Assembly: GCA_965204535.1 (NCBI GenBank)
Contig: OZ241996.1
Location: forward strand, 852,335-916,334
Length of the DNA stretch: 64,000 nucleotides
Direction: 5' to 3'
Source: a bacterium
Lineage (GTDB): Bacteria; UBA8248
A program made the position numbers and the translations under genes. This document shows, piece by piece, positions 35,831 to 46,639 of this stretch. The notes under the pieces were generated by a model. The model was not told the origin of the DNA. It searched no databases and saw nothing but the letters and a program-made list of their open reading frames with translations. How positions within the stretch are numbered: position 1 is the first letter of the stretch; the number at the start of each line of letters is the position of its first letter.

Positions 35831-38230
35831 ATGGCCCTAAAAAAATCCGAACTCTATTCATCGCTGTGGTCGAGTTGTGACGAACTGCGGGGCGGCATGG
35901 ACGCCAGTCAGTACAAGGACTACGTCCTCGTTCTGCTGTTCATCAAGTACGTCAGCGACAAATACGCCGACTTGCCTTACGCGCCGATAACTGTTCCGAA
36001 GGGCGCGAGCTTTTCCGACATGGTCGCTCTGAAGGGAAAGAGTGACATAGGCGACCAGATCAACAAGACGGTCATCGCACCGCTGGCAAACGCCAATAAA
36101 TTATCTGACATGCCGGACTTCAACGACGCTACCAAGCTGGGTACCGGTAAGGAGATGGTGGACCGGCTTACGAACCTGATCGCCATCTTCGAGAACAAGG
36201 CACTCGATTTTTCTAAGAACCGCGCCGATGGAGACGACATACTCGGCGACGCTTACGAATACCTGATGCGTCATTTCGCCACAGAGAGCGGCAAGAGCAA
36301 GGGCCAATTTTACACGCCGGCCGAGGTCAGCCGCATCATTGCGCGGATTATCGGGATCCATGATGCCAATACTAGCGCCTCCACCACCGTCTACGACCCT
36401 ACCTGTGGGTCCGGTTCTCTGCTGCTTAAGGTCGGTGATGAGGCCGCCACCCCAGTCACGCTCAACGGGCAGGAGAAGGACGCTGCCACCAGCGGCCTCG
36501 CTCGGATGAACATGATTCTTCATAACAATCCGACTGCGCTGATCGTGCAGGGCAACACGCTGGCGGACCCTAAGTTCAAAGAAGGCGACAGCCTGAAAAC
36601 CTTCGACTATGTGGTCGCCAATCCACCCTTTTCGGACAAACGGTGGAGCACGGGTTTGGACCCGATGAGCGATCCCTTCGAACGCTTTAAATCATTCGGA
36701 ACGCCGCCTGCCAAGCAGGGTGACTACGCCTACTTGCTGCATATCGTCCGATCTCTCAAGAGCACAGGCAAAGGCGCCTGCATCCTGCCGCACGGCGTGT
36801 TATTCCGGGGCAACGCCGAGGCGGACATTCGCCGCAATCTCGTGCGCAAGGGCTACATCAGGGGCATCATCGGGCTGCCTGCAAACCTATTCTACGGCAC
36901 TGGCATCCCCGCTTGCATCGTAGTCATCGATAAAGAGGACGCCCAGTCACGGAAGGGCATCTTTATGATCGACGCTAGTAGCGGTTTCATGAAAGATGGG
37001 CCCAAGAACCGGCTACGAAGCATGGACATCCACAAGATCGTGGATGTCTACAATAAAGGGCTTGATGTCCCGAAATACGCACGTATGATACCCTTCTCGG
37101 AGATTGAGCAAAACGAGTTCAACCTCAACTTACCGCGCTACATCGACAGCCAAACGTCCGAGGATATACAAGATATCTCGGGTCATTTGCAGGGAGGCAT
37201 CCCCGCCTCGGATGTCGATTCACTGGATCAATTCTGGACCATCTTTCCAGAGTTGCGGTACAGCCTGTTCCATAGAAACCGACCTAGCTATCTCGACATC
37301 GTTGTGGAGAAATCCGCTATCAAATCCACCATCTATGGGCACCACGAGTTCGTCTCCTTCATCGCGGATATGAACGCACATTTTGCCGTGTGGCGGGAAT
37401 CGAGCTCCGCGAAGCTCAAGACTTTACAAGCTGGCTGCCATCCAAGAGAGATCATCACTCAGCTTTCTGATGATCTGCTCGCGCACTACGCCAACAAGCC
37501 GCTCATTGACCCCTACGATATCTATCAGCACTTGATGGATTACTGGGCCGAGACCATGCAGGACGATTGCTATCTGATCGCCACCGACGGATGGAAAGCA
37601 GAGGCTGATCGTGTTATCGAGATCGATAAGAAAGGCAAAGAGAAGGACAAGGGCTGGGTCTGTGACCTCATACCTAAACCCCTCATCGTCGCCCGTTACT
37701 TCTCCGAGGAACAGGCCGCCATCGACCAACTTATAGTTGAACTGGATAGCGTCACTTCTCGCCTCTCCGAACTGGAGGAAGAGCACAACCGTGAGGATGG
37801 GTTGTTCGCTGAACTCGACAAATTAAACAAGACCAATGCCACCGCCAGGTGGAGAGAAATCAAGGGCGACAAAGACGCGACCGAAGAAGTCTACGTGCTG
37901 AACGATTGGTTGAAGCTCAAAAAGGAAGAAACCGACCTCAAGAAGCGTCTCAAGGAAGCCGAAGCCGCGCTCGATGGTCAGGCTTACGCCCAGTATCCGA
38001 AGCTCACTGAACCCGAGATCAAGACACTCGTGGTGGACAACAAATGGCTTGCCACTCTGGATGTGGCCATCCACGGCGAGATAGACCGAGTGAGTCAGCA
38101 ACTCACTCAACGCGTGAGGGAGTTGGCCGAACGCTACGAAATGCCACTGCACAAGTTGCTTGAACGAGTTGTTGATCAGGAAACTAAGGTGAAACGCCAC
38201 CTCGTAACGATGGGATTCAAGTGGACGTAA
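35831..38230 (+). CDS. hsdM: type I R-M DNA methyltransferase subunit with a long C-terminal extension
   Basis: Motif I is DPTCGSGSLL and motif IV is VVANPPFS. At 799 aa it has about 300 aa of charged, coiled-coil-like sequence after the methylase core. Confidence 0.9.
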   Translation: MALKKSELYSSLWSSCDELRGGMDASQYKDYVLVLLFIKYVSDKYADLPYAPITVPKGASFSDMVALKGKSDIGDQINKTVIAPLANANKLSDMPDFNDATKLGTGKEMVDRLTNLIAIFENKALDFSKNRADGDDILGDAYEYLMRHFATESGKSKGQFYTPAEVSRIIARIIGIHDANTSASTTVYDPTCGSGSLLLKVGDEAATPVTLNGQEKDAATSGLARMNMILHNNPTALIVQGNTLADPKFKEGDSLKTFDYVVANPPFSDKRWSTGLDPMSDPFERFKSFGTPPAKQGDYAYLLHIVRSLKSTGKGACILPHGVLFRGNAEADIRRNLVRKGYIRGIIGLPANLFYGTGIPACIVVIDKEDAQSRKGIFMIDASSGFMKDGPKNRLRSMDIHKIVDVYNKGLDVPKYARMIPFSEIEQNEFNLNLPRYIDSQTSEDIQDISGHLQGGIPASDVDSLDQFWTIFPELRYSLFHRNRPSYLDIVVEKSAIKSTIYGHHEFVSFIADMNAHFAVWRESSSAKLKTLQAGCHPREIITQLSDDLLAHYANKPLIDPYDIYQHLMDYWAETMQDDCYLIATDGWKAEADRVIEIDKKGKEKDKGWVCDLIPKPLIVARYFSEEQAAIDQLIVELDSVTSRLSELEEEHNREDGLFAELDKLNKTNATARWREIKGDKDATEEVYVLNDWLKLKKEETDLKKRLKEAEAALDGQAYAQYPKLTEPEIKTLVVDNKWLATLDVAIHGEIDRVSQQLTQRVRELAERYEMPLHKLLERVVDQETKVKRHLVTMGFKWT

Positions 38231-39435
38231 GACCAGGCTACAAGCGGACCGGGGTTGGAGTGATCCCAACAGATTGGGAAACACCAACGCTTGGCTGCGT
38301 AACGGTACTGATGACCAATGGGTTTGTAGGCACAGCAAAATCTCATTACGTCAGCAACGAAAAAGGAGTGCTCTATATTCAAGGCTATAACGTTGATGAG
38401 AACACATTCAATTTTCATGGGGTAAAGTTTGTCAGTGAGGATTTCCACCAAGCCCACATGAAATCATGTCTTCAGGGCGGTGATTTGCTTACTGTACAGA
38501 CAGGAGAGGTAGGTCAAACCGCTATCGTTCCTGATTCGTTGGCAGGTTCTAACTGCCACGCGCTGATTATTTCACGGTTTGACCGAAAGAAAGTTTGTCC
38601 GGCTTTTATCTCTCAATATCTGAACAGTAAACCTTGTCGAGCACGTCTCAAATCGATTGAGACCGGTACAACAATGAAGCATTTAAACGTAGGGGATATG
38701 CTACATTTTATCATTCCTCTTCCTCCCACGCTCACCGAACAAGAAGCTATCGCCAGAGCATTAATCGACGCAGATGCTCTTATCGAATCTCTGGAACGAC
38801 TCTTTGCCAAAAAGCGGCAAATCAAAACAGGCGTCATGCACGAATTGTTTACCGGTAAGAAACGCCTGCCGGGCTTCAATGGGAAATGGGAAGTGAAACG
38901 ATTGGGTGAGATTTCTGAGATCGTTATGGGACAATCTCCAAACTCCATATATTACAACAATAAAGGGGATGGACTTCCCTTGATTCAAGGAAATGCCGAC
39001 ATCTATAGTCGCCAGACCATAAAGCGTGTATTCACCACAGAAGTGACAAAACGGGGTTACCCTGGAGATATTCTAATGTCCGTTCGTGCGCCTGTGGGCG
39101 AAATCTCTCGCACGGTTTTCGACGTTTGCTTAGGACGAGGTGTTTGCGCGATCCGATGTCCGCGGACCGATTTTCTCTATTACGCCCTAATCGCCAGAGA
39201 GCGAACCTGGGCAAAGTTCTCGAAGGGCTCAACTTTCGATTCAGTAAGCTCAACAGACGTCAAAAAGTTTGAAATTGAACAACCTAAAGACGAAACCGAA
39301 CAAATCGCTATTGCCACTATCCTTTCCGAGATGGACACAGAAATCACCGCACTAGAAGCCAAGCTCTCTAAGGCTAGGCAACTAAAGCAAGGTATGATGC
39401 AGGAACTGCTTACTGGAAGGATTCGCCTCATATGA
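38221..39435 (+). CDS. hsdS: type I R-M specificity subunit
   Basis: GTG start overlaps the hsdM end by 10 nt. Two target-recognition halves are separated by conserved helices (LTEQEAIARALIDADALIESLERL, and C-terminal EQIAIATILSEMDTEITALEAKL). Confidence 0.85.
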   Translation: MDVRPGYKRTGVGVIPTDWETPTLGCVTVLMTNGFVGTAKSHYVSNEKGVLYIQGYNVDENTFNFHGVKFVSEDFHQAHMKSCLQGGDLLTVQTGEVGQTAIVPDSLAGSNCHALIISRFDRKKVCPAFISQYLNSKPCRARLKSIETGTTMKHLNVGDMLHFIIPLPPTLTEQEAIARALIDADALIESLERLFAKKRQIKTGVMHELFTGKKRLPGFNGKWEVKRLGEISEIVMGQSPNSIYYNNKGDGLPLIQGNADIYSRQTIKRVFTTEVTKRGYPGDILMSVRAPVGEISRTVFDVCLGRGVCAIRCPRTDFLYYALIARERTWAKFSKGSTFDSVSSTDVKKFEIEQPKDETEQIAIATILSEMDTEITALEAKLSKARQLKQGMMQELLTGRIRLI

Positions 39436-41402
39436 AAATCTCGACTGTCCTCGATCACATCGACAGCGGCCATATGGCCTTGCCCGAATTTCAGCGCGGC
39501 TATGTCTGGAACCGTGACCAGGTTCGGGGCCTTTTCGACTCGCTCTACCGCCGGCATCCGGTGGGTGGGCTGCTGGTCTGGGCCACGGAATCCAAAACGG
39601 CCGCGCATCGTGGTGACGGGGCGCTGGTTGCTGGAGTCGTAAAGTTGTTGCTCGATGGCCAGCAGCGCATGACCTCGATCTATGGCGTGGTGCGCGGCGA
39701 ACCGCCGAAGTTCTTCGATGGCAACGAAAAGACCTTTACCACGCTACGTTTCCATCTGGATACGGAGACATTCGCTTTCTACCAACCGGTGAAGATGAGA
39801 GATGACCCGCTCTGGATCGACGTAACCGAACTGATGCAAGCAGGCACGGCCGGCCTAGGTGAATTCATCACGCGACTAGGCACCTATCCAGAACTTACGA
39901 ACAAGATGGGTGATTATGTGGCGCGGTTAGGCAACCTCCTAAGCATTACTGAAATCGACCTGCATGTGGAGGAAGTAACTGGTGTCGATAAAACATTGGA
40001 TATAGTGGTCGACATTTTTAACCGCGTGAACAGCGGCGGCACGAAACTCTCCAAGGGAGACTTGGCGCTCGCTAAAATATGCTCCGACTGGCCCGAAGCA
40101 CGCGACACCATGAAGGCTAAACTCGCGGAGTGGGCAAAGGCCGATTATCACTTCAATCTCGACTGGCTTTTACGGTCGGTAAACACGGCACTGACCGGGG
40201 AGGCGAAGTTCCAGTTCCTGCATGACAAAAGTGCAGAAGATATTCAGGGAGGCCTTAAGCGGGCTATAAAACACATCGACACCAGCCTGAACCTAATTGG
40301 CGGCCGGCTTGGTCTAGATCACGACCAAGTCTTTTTCGGCCGCTTCGGCGTCCCAGTGATGGTGCGCTATCTCGACCAACGTAGCAGTCCGATGAACGAG
40401 GTCGAGCGAGACAAACTCCTGTTCTGGTTCGTGCAGGCAGGCATGTGGGGGCGGTTCTCCGGATCAACGGAGTCCTTTATTGACCAGGATCTGGCGGCAT
40501 TGGAAGGCCCGGGTGGCAGCCTGGACAAATTGCTGGAACAGTTACGTCTTTGGCACGGCGGGTTACGTGTAGAGCCAGAGCATTTTGCGGGCTGGAGTAT
40601 TGGCGCACGCTTCTACCCAGTACTCTACTTACTTACGCGGATGGGTCAGGCGCGCGATTGGGGCACTGGACTGCCGCTCAAGGCCAGCCTGCTTGGGAAG
40701 ATGAGCCGGCTGGAGATGCACCACATTTTCCCGAAGTCGCAACTATACAAGTGGAAGTGCGATCGACTAGAGAAGTACAAGCGGCCAGAAGTGAATGCTT
40801 TGGCCAACTTTTGTTTTCTGACAAAAGATACCAATCTTGATATCAGTAACCGATTGCCATCTGAGTATTTTCCGGAGGTCGAAGAGGCGTACCCTGGCAC
40901 CCTGGCATCGCAGTGGGTCCCTATGGATCCAGCACTTTGGCGGATCGAAAACTTTCGCGACTTTCTTGAAGCTCGCAAAGTATTGCTGGCGGACGAGGTC
41001 AACCATCGTATGGAAGAGCTCCTGCACGGTGACATCCGCTGGCTGACTGGCTCGAAGGTGACTGTCCCGGCGGCGGATGGAGTCGTCGGGGGTATCAGCA
41101 GTGAAGAAGAGGAGGCCCAACTTGAAGTTTTAAATAACTGGATGGAGGCACAGGGTCTGCCGCGTGGCGTGTTAGCTTACGACTTCGCCGACACCGCCAC
41201 TGGCCAGCAAAAGGCGGTGTTCGACCTGGCTTGGCCTAGAGGTATTCAGGCGGAACTTAGCCAGCCGGTGGTCGTGCTGCTAAACGAAGGCAGCCAGACC
41301 ATCGCCATTGCCAGTCAAGCAGGATTTAGGTGCTTCACGACGACCGTCGAGTTTCAGCATTACGTGCGAACAGAGGTCTTGTCCGAGGTTGCATCTGCAT
41401 GA
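39432..41402 (+). CDS. DUF262 (ParB-like NTPase) plus C-terminal HNH/DUF1524-like protein, GmrSD family
   Basis: Motifs are LPEFQRGYVW, LLDGQQRMTSI and the C-terminal MHHIFPKS...NFCFLTKDTN. It has ATGA overlaps with hsdS (39432-39435) and with hsdR (41399-41402). Confidence 0.8.
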   Translation: MKISTVLDHIDSGHMALPEFQRGYVWNRDQVRGLFDSLYRRHPVGGLLVWATESKTAAHRGDGALVAGVVKLLLDGQQRMTSIYGVVRGEPPKFFDGNEKTFTTLRFHLDTETFAFYQPVKMRDDPLWIDVTELMQAGTAGLGEFITRLGTYPELTNKMGDYVARLGNLLSITEIDLHVEEVTGVDKTLDIVVDIFNRVNSGGTKLSKGDLALAKICSDWPEARDTMKAKLAEWAKADYHFNLDWLLRSVNTALTGEAKFQFLHDKSAEDIQGGLKRAIKHIDTSLNLIGGRLGLDHDQVFFGRFGVPVMVRYLDQRSSPMNEVERDKLLFWFVQAGMWGRFSGSTESFIDQDLAALEGPGGSLDKLLEQLRLWHGGLRVEPEHFAGWSIGARFYPVLYLLTRMGQARDWGTGLPLKASLLGKMSRLEMHHIFPKSQLYKWKCDRLEKYKRPEVNALANFCFLTKDTNLDISNRLPSEYFPEVEEAYPGTLASQWVPMDPALWRIENFRDFLEARKVLLADEVNHRMEELLHGDIRWLTGSKVTVPAADGVVGGISSEEEEAQLEVLNNWMEAQGLPRGVLAYDFADTATGQQKAVFDLAWPRGIQAELSQPVVVLLNEGSQTIAIASQAGFRCFTTTVEFQHYVRTEVLSEVASA

Positions 41403-44400
41403 GTTCTATTGGCCAACCCGAACGCGCGACGCAAGATAGGCTCATCTCTTTGTTCCGCGACCAACTGGGCTACCGCTATGTCGGCGACTGGAATGACCGT
41501 GACGGCAACAGCAACATCGAGAAGCATCTGCTCTCGGCATGGTTGTCCAAGTGCGGATACACGTCGGGGCAGATCAACGCGGCTCTCCACAAACTCCGCA
41601 TTGAAGCAGACAACCACAGTCGTGCGCTTTACAGCAACAACGAGGTTGTCTACAGCCTGTTGCGCTACGGCGTGCCCGTGAAGACCGAGGCGGACAAGCC
41701 TACGGAGACCGTCCACCTCATCAATTGGAAAGAGCCGGAAGAGAACGATTTTGCCATTGCCGAGGAAGTGACGCTCAAGGGCAACCAGGAACGACGGCCC
41801 GATATCGTGTTGTATGTGAATGGCATTGCTGTCGGCGTTCTCGAATTGAAGAATAGTCGCGTGAGTATCGGCGAAGGTATTCGCCAAAATCTTTCGAATC
41901 AGCTACCGGAATTCAATGCCTGGTTCTTCAACACAGTACAGTTCATTTTCGCCGGTAACGACTCCGAGGGTTTGCGGTACGGCACTATCGGGACGCCGGA
42001 AAAGTTCTTCCTCAAGTGGAAGGAAGACGAACAAGATAATAGTCTCCTCAAGCTCGATAAATACCTGCTCAAGATGTGCCGTAAGGATCGCCTGCTCGAG
42101 TTGATGCACGATTTTGTGCTCTTCGATGGCGGGGTAAAGAAATTACCGCGACCTCACCAGTTTTTCGGCGTAAAGGCGGCGCAGGCGCAAACAGACCAAA
42201 AGAAAGGCGGAATCATTTGGCACACGCAGGGCAGCGGCAAGAGCATCGTAATGGTGCTGCTTGCGAAGTGGATTCTGGAAAATTACCCGAACGCTAGGAT
42301 CGCCATCATCACTGACCGAGACGAGTTGGATAAACAGATACAAAACGTGTTTACTAGGGCAGGCATCGAAATCGCAAGAAGTTCCAGCGGACGCAACTTG
42401 ATTGCCCAACTCGGTCAGGCTACACCGCGCCTGTTGTGCTCACTGGTGCACAAATTCGGTCGCAAGGACGTGGATAATTTCGATGCCTATATCAAGGAGT
42501 TGGAAGCCCAACCTAGCCCGACTGTAGGCGAAGTATTTGTGTTCGTGGACGAGTGCCACCGTACCCAGAGTGGCAAGCTACATCGCACAATGAAAGCAAT
42601 TATGCCAAACGCTGTGTTTATCGGCTTTACCGGTACTCCCCTGCTCAAGAAGGATGCCCAGACCAGTCTGGAAGTGTTTGGCGGCTACATTCACACCTAC
42701 AAGTTCAGCGAGGGCGTCGAGGACGGCGTCGTACTCGACTTGGTCTATGAGGCGCGGGACATCGATCAGCGTCTTGGTTCCGAAGACAAGATCGATGCTT
42801 GGTTCGAGGCCAAGACCAAAGGACTGAACGACTGGCAGAAAAACGAGTTGAAGAAACAATGGGGCACAAAACAGATCGTACTCAGTTCTAAATCGCGCAT
42901 GGATCGGGTGGTGAACGACATCATCTTCGATTTCAGCATTAAACCACGTCTTTCTAACAATCGTGGCAATGCCATTCTTGTGGCATCCAGTATCTACGAA
43001 GCTTGCAAGTACTTCTCGCTGTTCCAGGATACATCGTTCAAAGACCTGTGCGCCGTCGTGACATCCTATAACCCGCTTGCCAGGGATGTAACGCTGGAGG
43101 AAACGGGCGCTAACACCGAAACCGAAAAGCAATTCATCTACAACACGTATACCGAGTTACTGAAGGAAGTCGACGCAAAACCCGGAATGACCAAGACAGA
43201 GACTTACGAAGAACGTGCCAAGACGCTGTTTACAAAAGAACCAGCAAATATGAAGCTTCTAGTTGTGGTGGACAAACTGCTCACGGGCTTTGACGCACCG
43301 CCATGTTCCTATCTCTACATTGACAAGTCGATGCAAGACCACGGCTTGTTCCAAGCTATATGCCGGACCAACCGCATCGATGGCGAGGATAAGGATTTCG
43401 GTTACATCGTCGACTACAAGGACTTGTTCAAAAAAGTGGAAAACGCAATAGCGGTATATTCTTCTGAGTTGGACCACAGCACGGGTGGAGATGAGCCGGA
43501 GGTGCTTCTGCAGGACCGTTTGAAGAAGGGCAGGGAACGCCTCGATATTGCGATCGAGGCGCTTCTCTCGCTCTGCGAGCCGGTCGAGCCGCCCAAGGAT
43601 GAGTTGCAGCACATACATTATTTCTGTGGCAACACCGAAATCGCCTCCGATCTAAAGGAACGGGAACCGCAGCGGAATGCACTTTATCAGGCGACCGTGG
43701 CGCTCGTCCGTGCCTATGCCAATATCGCCGACGAACTGGAAATGATTGGCTACAGTAATGATGACATCAACCGCATCAAGCAACAGATTGATCATTCTCT
43801 AACTGTTCGGGATATTATCCGCAGAGCCAGTGGCGAGACGCTCGACCTCAAGGCATACGAGGCTGACATGCGGCATCTCATTGACACCTATATTGAGGCA
43901 GACGAGCCGCGAAAGATTTCTCCCTTCGATAGCATGAGCCTAATAGAGTTAATCGTGAAAATCGGGGTCGATAATGCGATCGAAACGCAACTCGGGGGGT
44001 TGAAGATAAACAAGAACGCGGTTGCTGAGACAATAGAGAACAACGTTCGCAGCACAATCCTGAAGGCGCATCTAACCGACCCGGCCTATTACAACAAGAT
44101 GTCGACTCTACTCGACGAAATTATCGCGGCCCGAAAAGCAAAGGCCGTCGAGTATGAAGAATATTTGCGGCGTATCGCGGAACTGGCGAAGAAGGTCGAT
44201 AAAGGCAAAGATGCTGACACACCCAGGGTTCTGGATACACCAGGCAAGCGAGCTCTTTGGAACAACTTCGAGCGAAACGAAACACTGGCGCTCAAAGTCG
44301 ATGCGGCCGTAAAAGAAGTACGCTCCGATGACTGGCGTGGCATTCAGGCTCGTGAGCAAATTATCAAATCAGCTTTGTACGGTATCTTGCAGGATGAGGT

Positions 44401-44449
44401 GGAAGTTGAGCGAATTTTCTTGGTCATCAAGGCGCAAAGAGAGTACTGA
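41399..44449 (+). CDS. hsdR: type I restriction enzyme R subunit
   Basis: The start is at MSSIGQPE (ATG 41399). The nuclease core is RPDIVLYVNGIAVGVLELKNS. Helicase motifs are HTQGSGKS and FVDECHRTQ. Confidence 0.9.
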   Translation: MSSIGQPERATQDRLISLFRDQLGYRYVGDWNDRDGNSNIEKHLLSAWLSKCGYTSGQINAALHKLRIEADNHSRALYSNNEVVYSLLRYGVPVKTEADKPTETVHLINWKEPEENDFAIAEEVTLKGNQERRPDIVLYVNGIAVGVLELKNSRVSIGEGIRQNLSNQLPEFNAWFFNTVQFIFAGNDSEGLRYGTIGTPEKFFLKWKEDEQDNSLLKLDKYLLKMCRKDRLLELMHDFVLFDGGVKKLPRPHQFFGVKAAQAQTDQKKGGIIWHTQGSGKSIVMVLLAKWILENYPNARIAIITDRDELDKQIQNVFTRAGIEIARSSSGRNLIAQLGQATPRLLCSLVHKFGRKDVDNFDAYIKELEAQPSPTVGEVFVFVDECHRTQSGKLHRTMKAIMPNAVFIGFTGTPLLKKDAQTSLEVFGGYIHTYKFSEGVEDGVVLDLVYEARDIDQRLGSEDKIDAWFEAKTKGLNDWQKNELKKQWGTKQIVLSSKSRMDRVVNDIIFDFSIKPRLSNNRGNAILVASSIYEACKYFSLFQDTSFKDLCAVVTSYNPLARDVTLEETGANTETEKQFIYNTYTELLKEVDAKPGMTKTETYEERAKTLFTKEPANMKLLVVVDKLLTGFDAPPCSYLYIDKSMQDHGLFQAICRTNRIDGEDKDFGYIVDYKDLFKKVENAIAVYSSELDHSTGGDEPEVLLQDRLKKGRERLDIAIEALLSLCEPVEPPKDELQHIHYFCGNTEIASDLKEREPQRNALYQATVALVRAYANIADELEMIGYSNDDINRIKQQIDHSLTVRDIIRRASGETLDLKAYEADMRHLIDTYIEADEPRKISPFDSMSLIELIVKIGVDNAIETQLGGLKINKNAVAETIENNVRSTILKAHLTDPAYYNKMSTLLDEIIAARKAKAVEYEEYLRRIAELAKKVDKGKDADTPRVLDTPGKRALWNNFERNETLALKVDAAVKEVRSDDWRGIQAREQIIKSALYGILQDEVEVERIFLVIKAQREY

Positions 44450-45180
44450 TGAACGCCCAACTCGATCTTAGTGGGGTAGAAGTGGATGTCATCTTCAAAG
44501 ACATCAAGAATGTTCATCTCAGTGTTTATCCTCCCACTGGCCGGGTACATATCTCCGCCCCTAAACATATGAGCCTTGACACCGTTCGCGTGTTCGCTGT
44601 TTCCAAACTTGCCTGGATCAAAAAACAACAGAAAAAACTCCAGGAACAAGAACGCGAAACAGCGCGCGACTATATCGACCGGGAAAGTCACTATGTTTGG
44701 GGCAAGCGCTATTTACTCAAGATTGTCGAAGTGAATGATGCGCCGTCGGTTGAATTGAAGGCCAGCAACATGATTCTGCGGGTTCGTCCTGGCACCAGCG
44801 CCGAGGCTAGAGCAGCCATTATTTCTAAGTGGTACCGTAAGCAGATAAAGGCGATTATTCCGGATCTTCTCGCGAAGTGGGAGCCGATCATAGGCGTAAA
44901 CGTTGAGCGTGTTTTTGTGCAAAAAATGAAGACGAAATGGGGAAGTTGCAATCCCGATGGGCATAGTCTTCGCCTCAATACCGATTTGGCCAAGAGACCG
45001 TTAAATTACCTTGAGTACATCCTCGTGCACGAGCTAACACACCTACTTGAAAAGACACACAACGACCGCTTTACTACACTGATGGACCGATTCATGCCGC
45101 AGTGGCGAGAGTATCGAGAAATTCTCAATACAGGCCTGCTCACGCACGAGGATTGGGCTACAAAACCTAACCAACGATAG
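44449..45180 (+). CDS. M48/DUF45 (YgjP-like) zinc metallopeptidase
   Basis: The zinc motif is HELTHLLEKTHNDRF. The ATG overlaps the hsdR stop (TGATG at 44447-44451). Confidence 0.8.
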   Translation: MNAQLDLSGVEVDVIFKDIKNVHLSVYPPTGRVHISAPKHMSLDTVRVFAVSKLAWIKKQQKKLQEQERETARDYIDRESHYVWGKRYLLKIVEVNDAPSVELKASNMILRVRPGTSAEARAAIISKWYRKQIKAIIPDLLAKWEPIIGVNVERVFVQKMKTKWGSCNPDGHSLRLNTDLAKRPLNYLEYILVHELTHLLEKTHNDRFTTLMDRFMPQWREYREILNTGLLTHEDWATKPNQR

Positions 45181-45379
45181 CTCTGACTGTCGGCACGAAC
45201 TGAGTAGTACGCGTGACACAACAATCATAGTCAATCTGGGGATCACTGTAGACAAGCCGTCACGAGCCGAACTTTGGGGGGCGGCCGACAGAAACCCGCC
45301 AGGGCACGCAGTCTGGAATTGCCGCAGGCGGAGTTTGCACCGTCTTTATGGATTGCACAAAGTCAAGTCAGCATGACCA

Positions 45380-46639
45380 TTATAGATTCATCAAAAGCCA
45401 ATTAGTAATTTTATGGACAGCAGAAAACGATTCGTAAAATCCGCCATGCCATATGGCCACACGATTCATCCTATCCGTTTCGAAGCTCTCTTGCTCAATA
45501 AAGTCGCTGACTGTGCGACTATCCTCTGATGGCCATCCAGAGCCATCATGAAAAGTCGTATTTAAAGTATGTTTTAGCTCCCATGACCAGAATTCATGAA
45601 TCTCGAGACGTGCAGTCCTGTATCTCTGCGGGCATGATTTTTCCAAAATAACAACCTGTGGGAGAGATCTGTCATGATGATCAGGTCCTTCAAACCTGTT
45701 CCGAAGCACTCGGTTGACGTGCAGGTCGCCAAATCCGTATCCGGCAATCAGGATCGCATCGGCTTCATGCACGTGTCTGACAAGGGTCGAATAGAATGTT
45801 TGATATGGCTCGGCCAGGAGCTGATCCAGTTTGAATCCACCTGCGATCAATGTTGTCAGAGGTATTGATCTGAAATCCTGCGCCATATCGACTTCCGGAA
45901 TGCCGGAATCCGTAAATGCTTCTCCAAGTTCTTCTTTCCAGACAATCCACGGCCTGCTTATTTCGTCGCTGATGCAATGATGAACAGAGCCGTGAATGTG
46001 GTAGATGAATCCCCACTCTCGGCGCTGGCTAACGCATAACGGATCAAAGAATCCAGAACAATCAAATCCTTTGAATGCCTCAGGCCATGCAGTATGGGCG
46101 GCAGTATCGTAGTTCAGGTTGTATATGCCGAGTTTAAAGCGCTCTTGGAGTTTGTGAAAGAAATTCATATAGTCGGAAAATGCTGGCTTACGAGTATCAA
46201 GCGCTTTGCTTAGTTTCCGCATGTGGTCGGCCAGCTTCTCAAAAAGAAAAGTATGTTGATCCAGCACTCGTTTCCTGGCGGCGTACTGGTCAGAACAGTC
46301 ATGCAGCCAATCGAGCTCGCAAACCGGTCTACCGTCCCTTACCGCATCAGTGAAAGGGGTTCCGAAGGGAGGAGGCGACAGCCAACTCGCCAGTATATTC
46401 ATCTCACCCAGCACGCGCTCGTAATTCGGGCGAATGCCGTAATGGTTTGTTCCGTAATAGCGCTCGAGCGCATCCCAAAGTACGTTGAACACATCGCGCC
46501 CTGCATCATTGGGTGGTTCCCGTTCCCATTTTCGACTCCAGCGCTTCATCTGTTTATCGATGTTTTCAACGCTCGGCATACCGCAGGGGATGGAGCTTCC
46601 TGCTCCCAAGATGACGAGGAGTTTCGGCTTTCTGTCCAT
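45380..46639 (-). CDS. stand-alone SIR2-like (SIR2_2) domain protein
   Basis: Motifs are LLVILGAGSSIPCGMPS, FIYHIHGSVHH and ILIAGYGFGDLHVNRVL. There is no partner gene on the same strand. Confidence 0.6.
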   Translation of the reverse strand: MDRKPKLLVILGAGSSIPCGMPSVENIDKQMKRWSRKWEREPPNDAGRDVFNVLWDALERYYGTNHYGIRPNYERVLGEMNILASWLSPPPFGTPFTDAVRDGRPVCELDWLHDCSDQYAARKRVLDQHTFLFEKLADHMRKLSKALDTRKPAFSDYMNFFHKLQERFKLGIYNLNYDTAAHTAWPEAFKGFDCSGFFDPLCVSQRREWGFIYHIHGSVHHCISDEISRPWIVWKEELGEAFTDSGIPEVDMAQDFRSIPLTTLIAGGFKLDQLLAEPYQTFYSTLVRHVHEADAILIAGYGFGDLHVNRVLRNRFEGPDHHDRSLPQVVILEKSCPQRYRTARLEIHEFWSWELKHTLNTTFHDGSGWPSEDSRTVSDFIEQESFETDRMNRVAIWHGGFYESFSAVHKITNWLLMNL

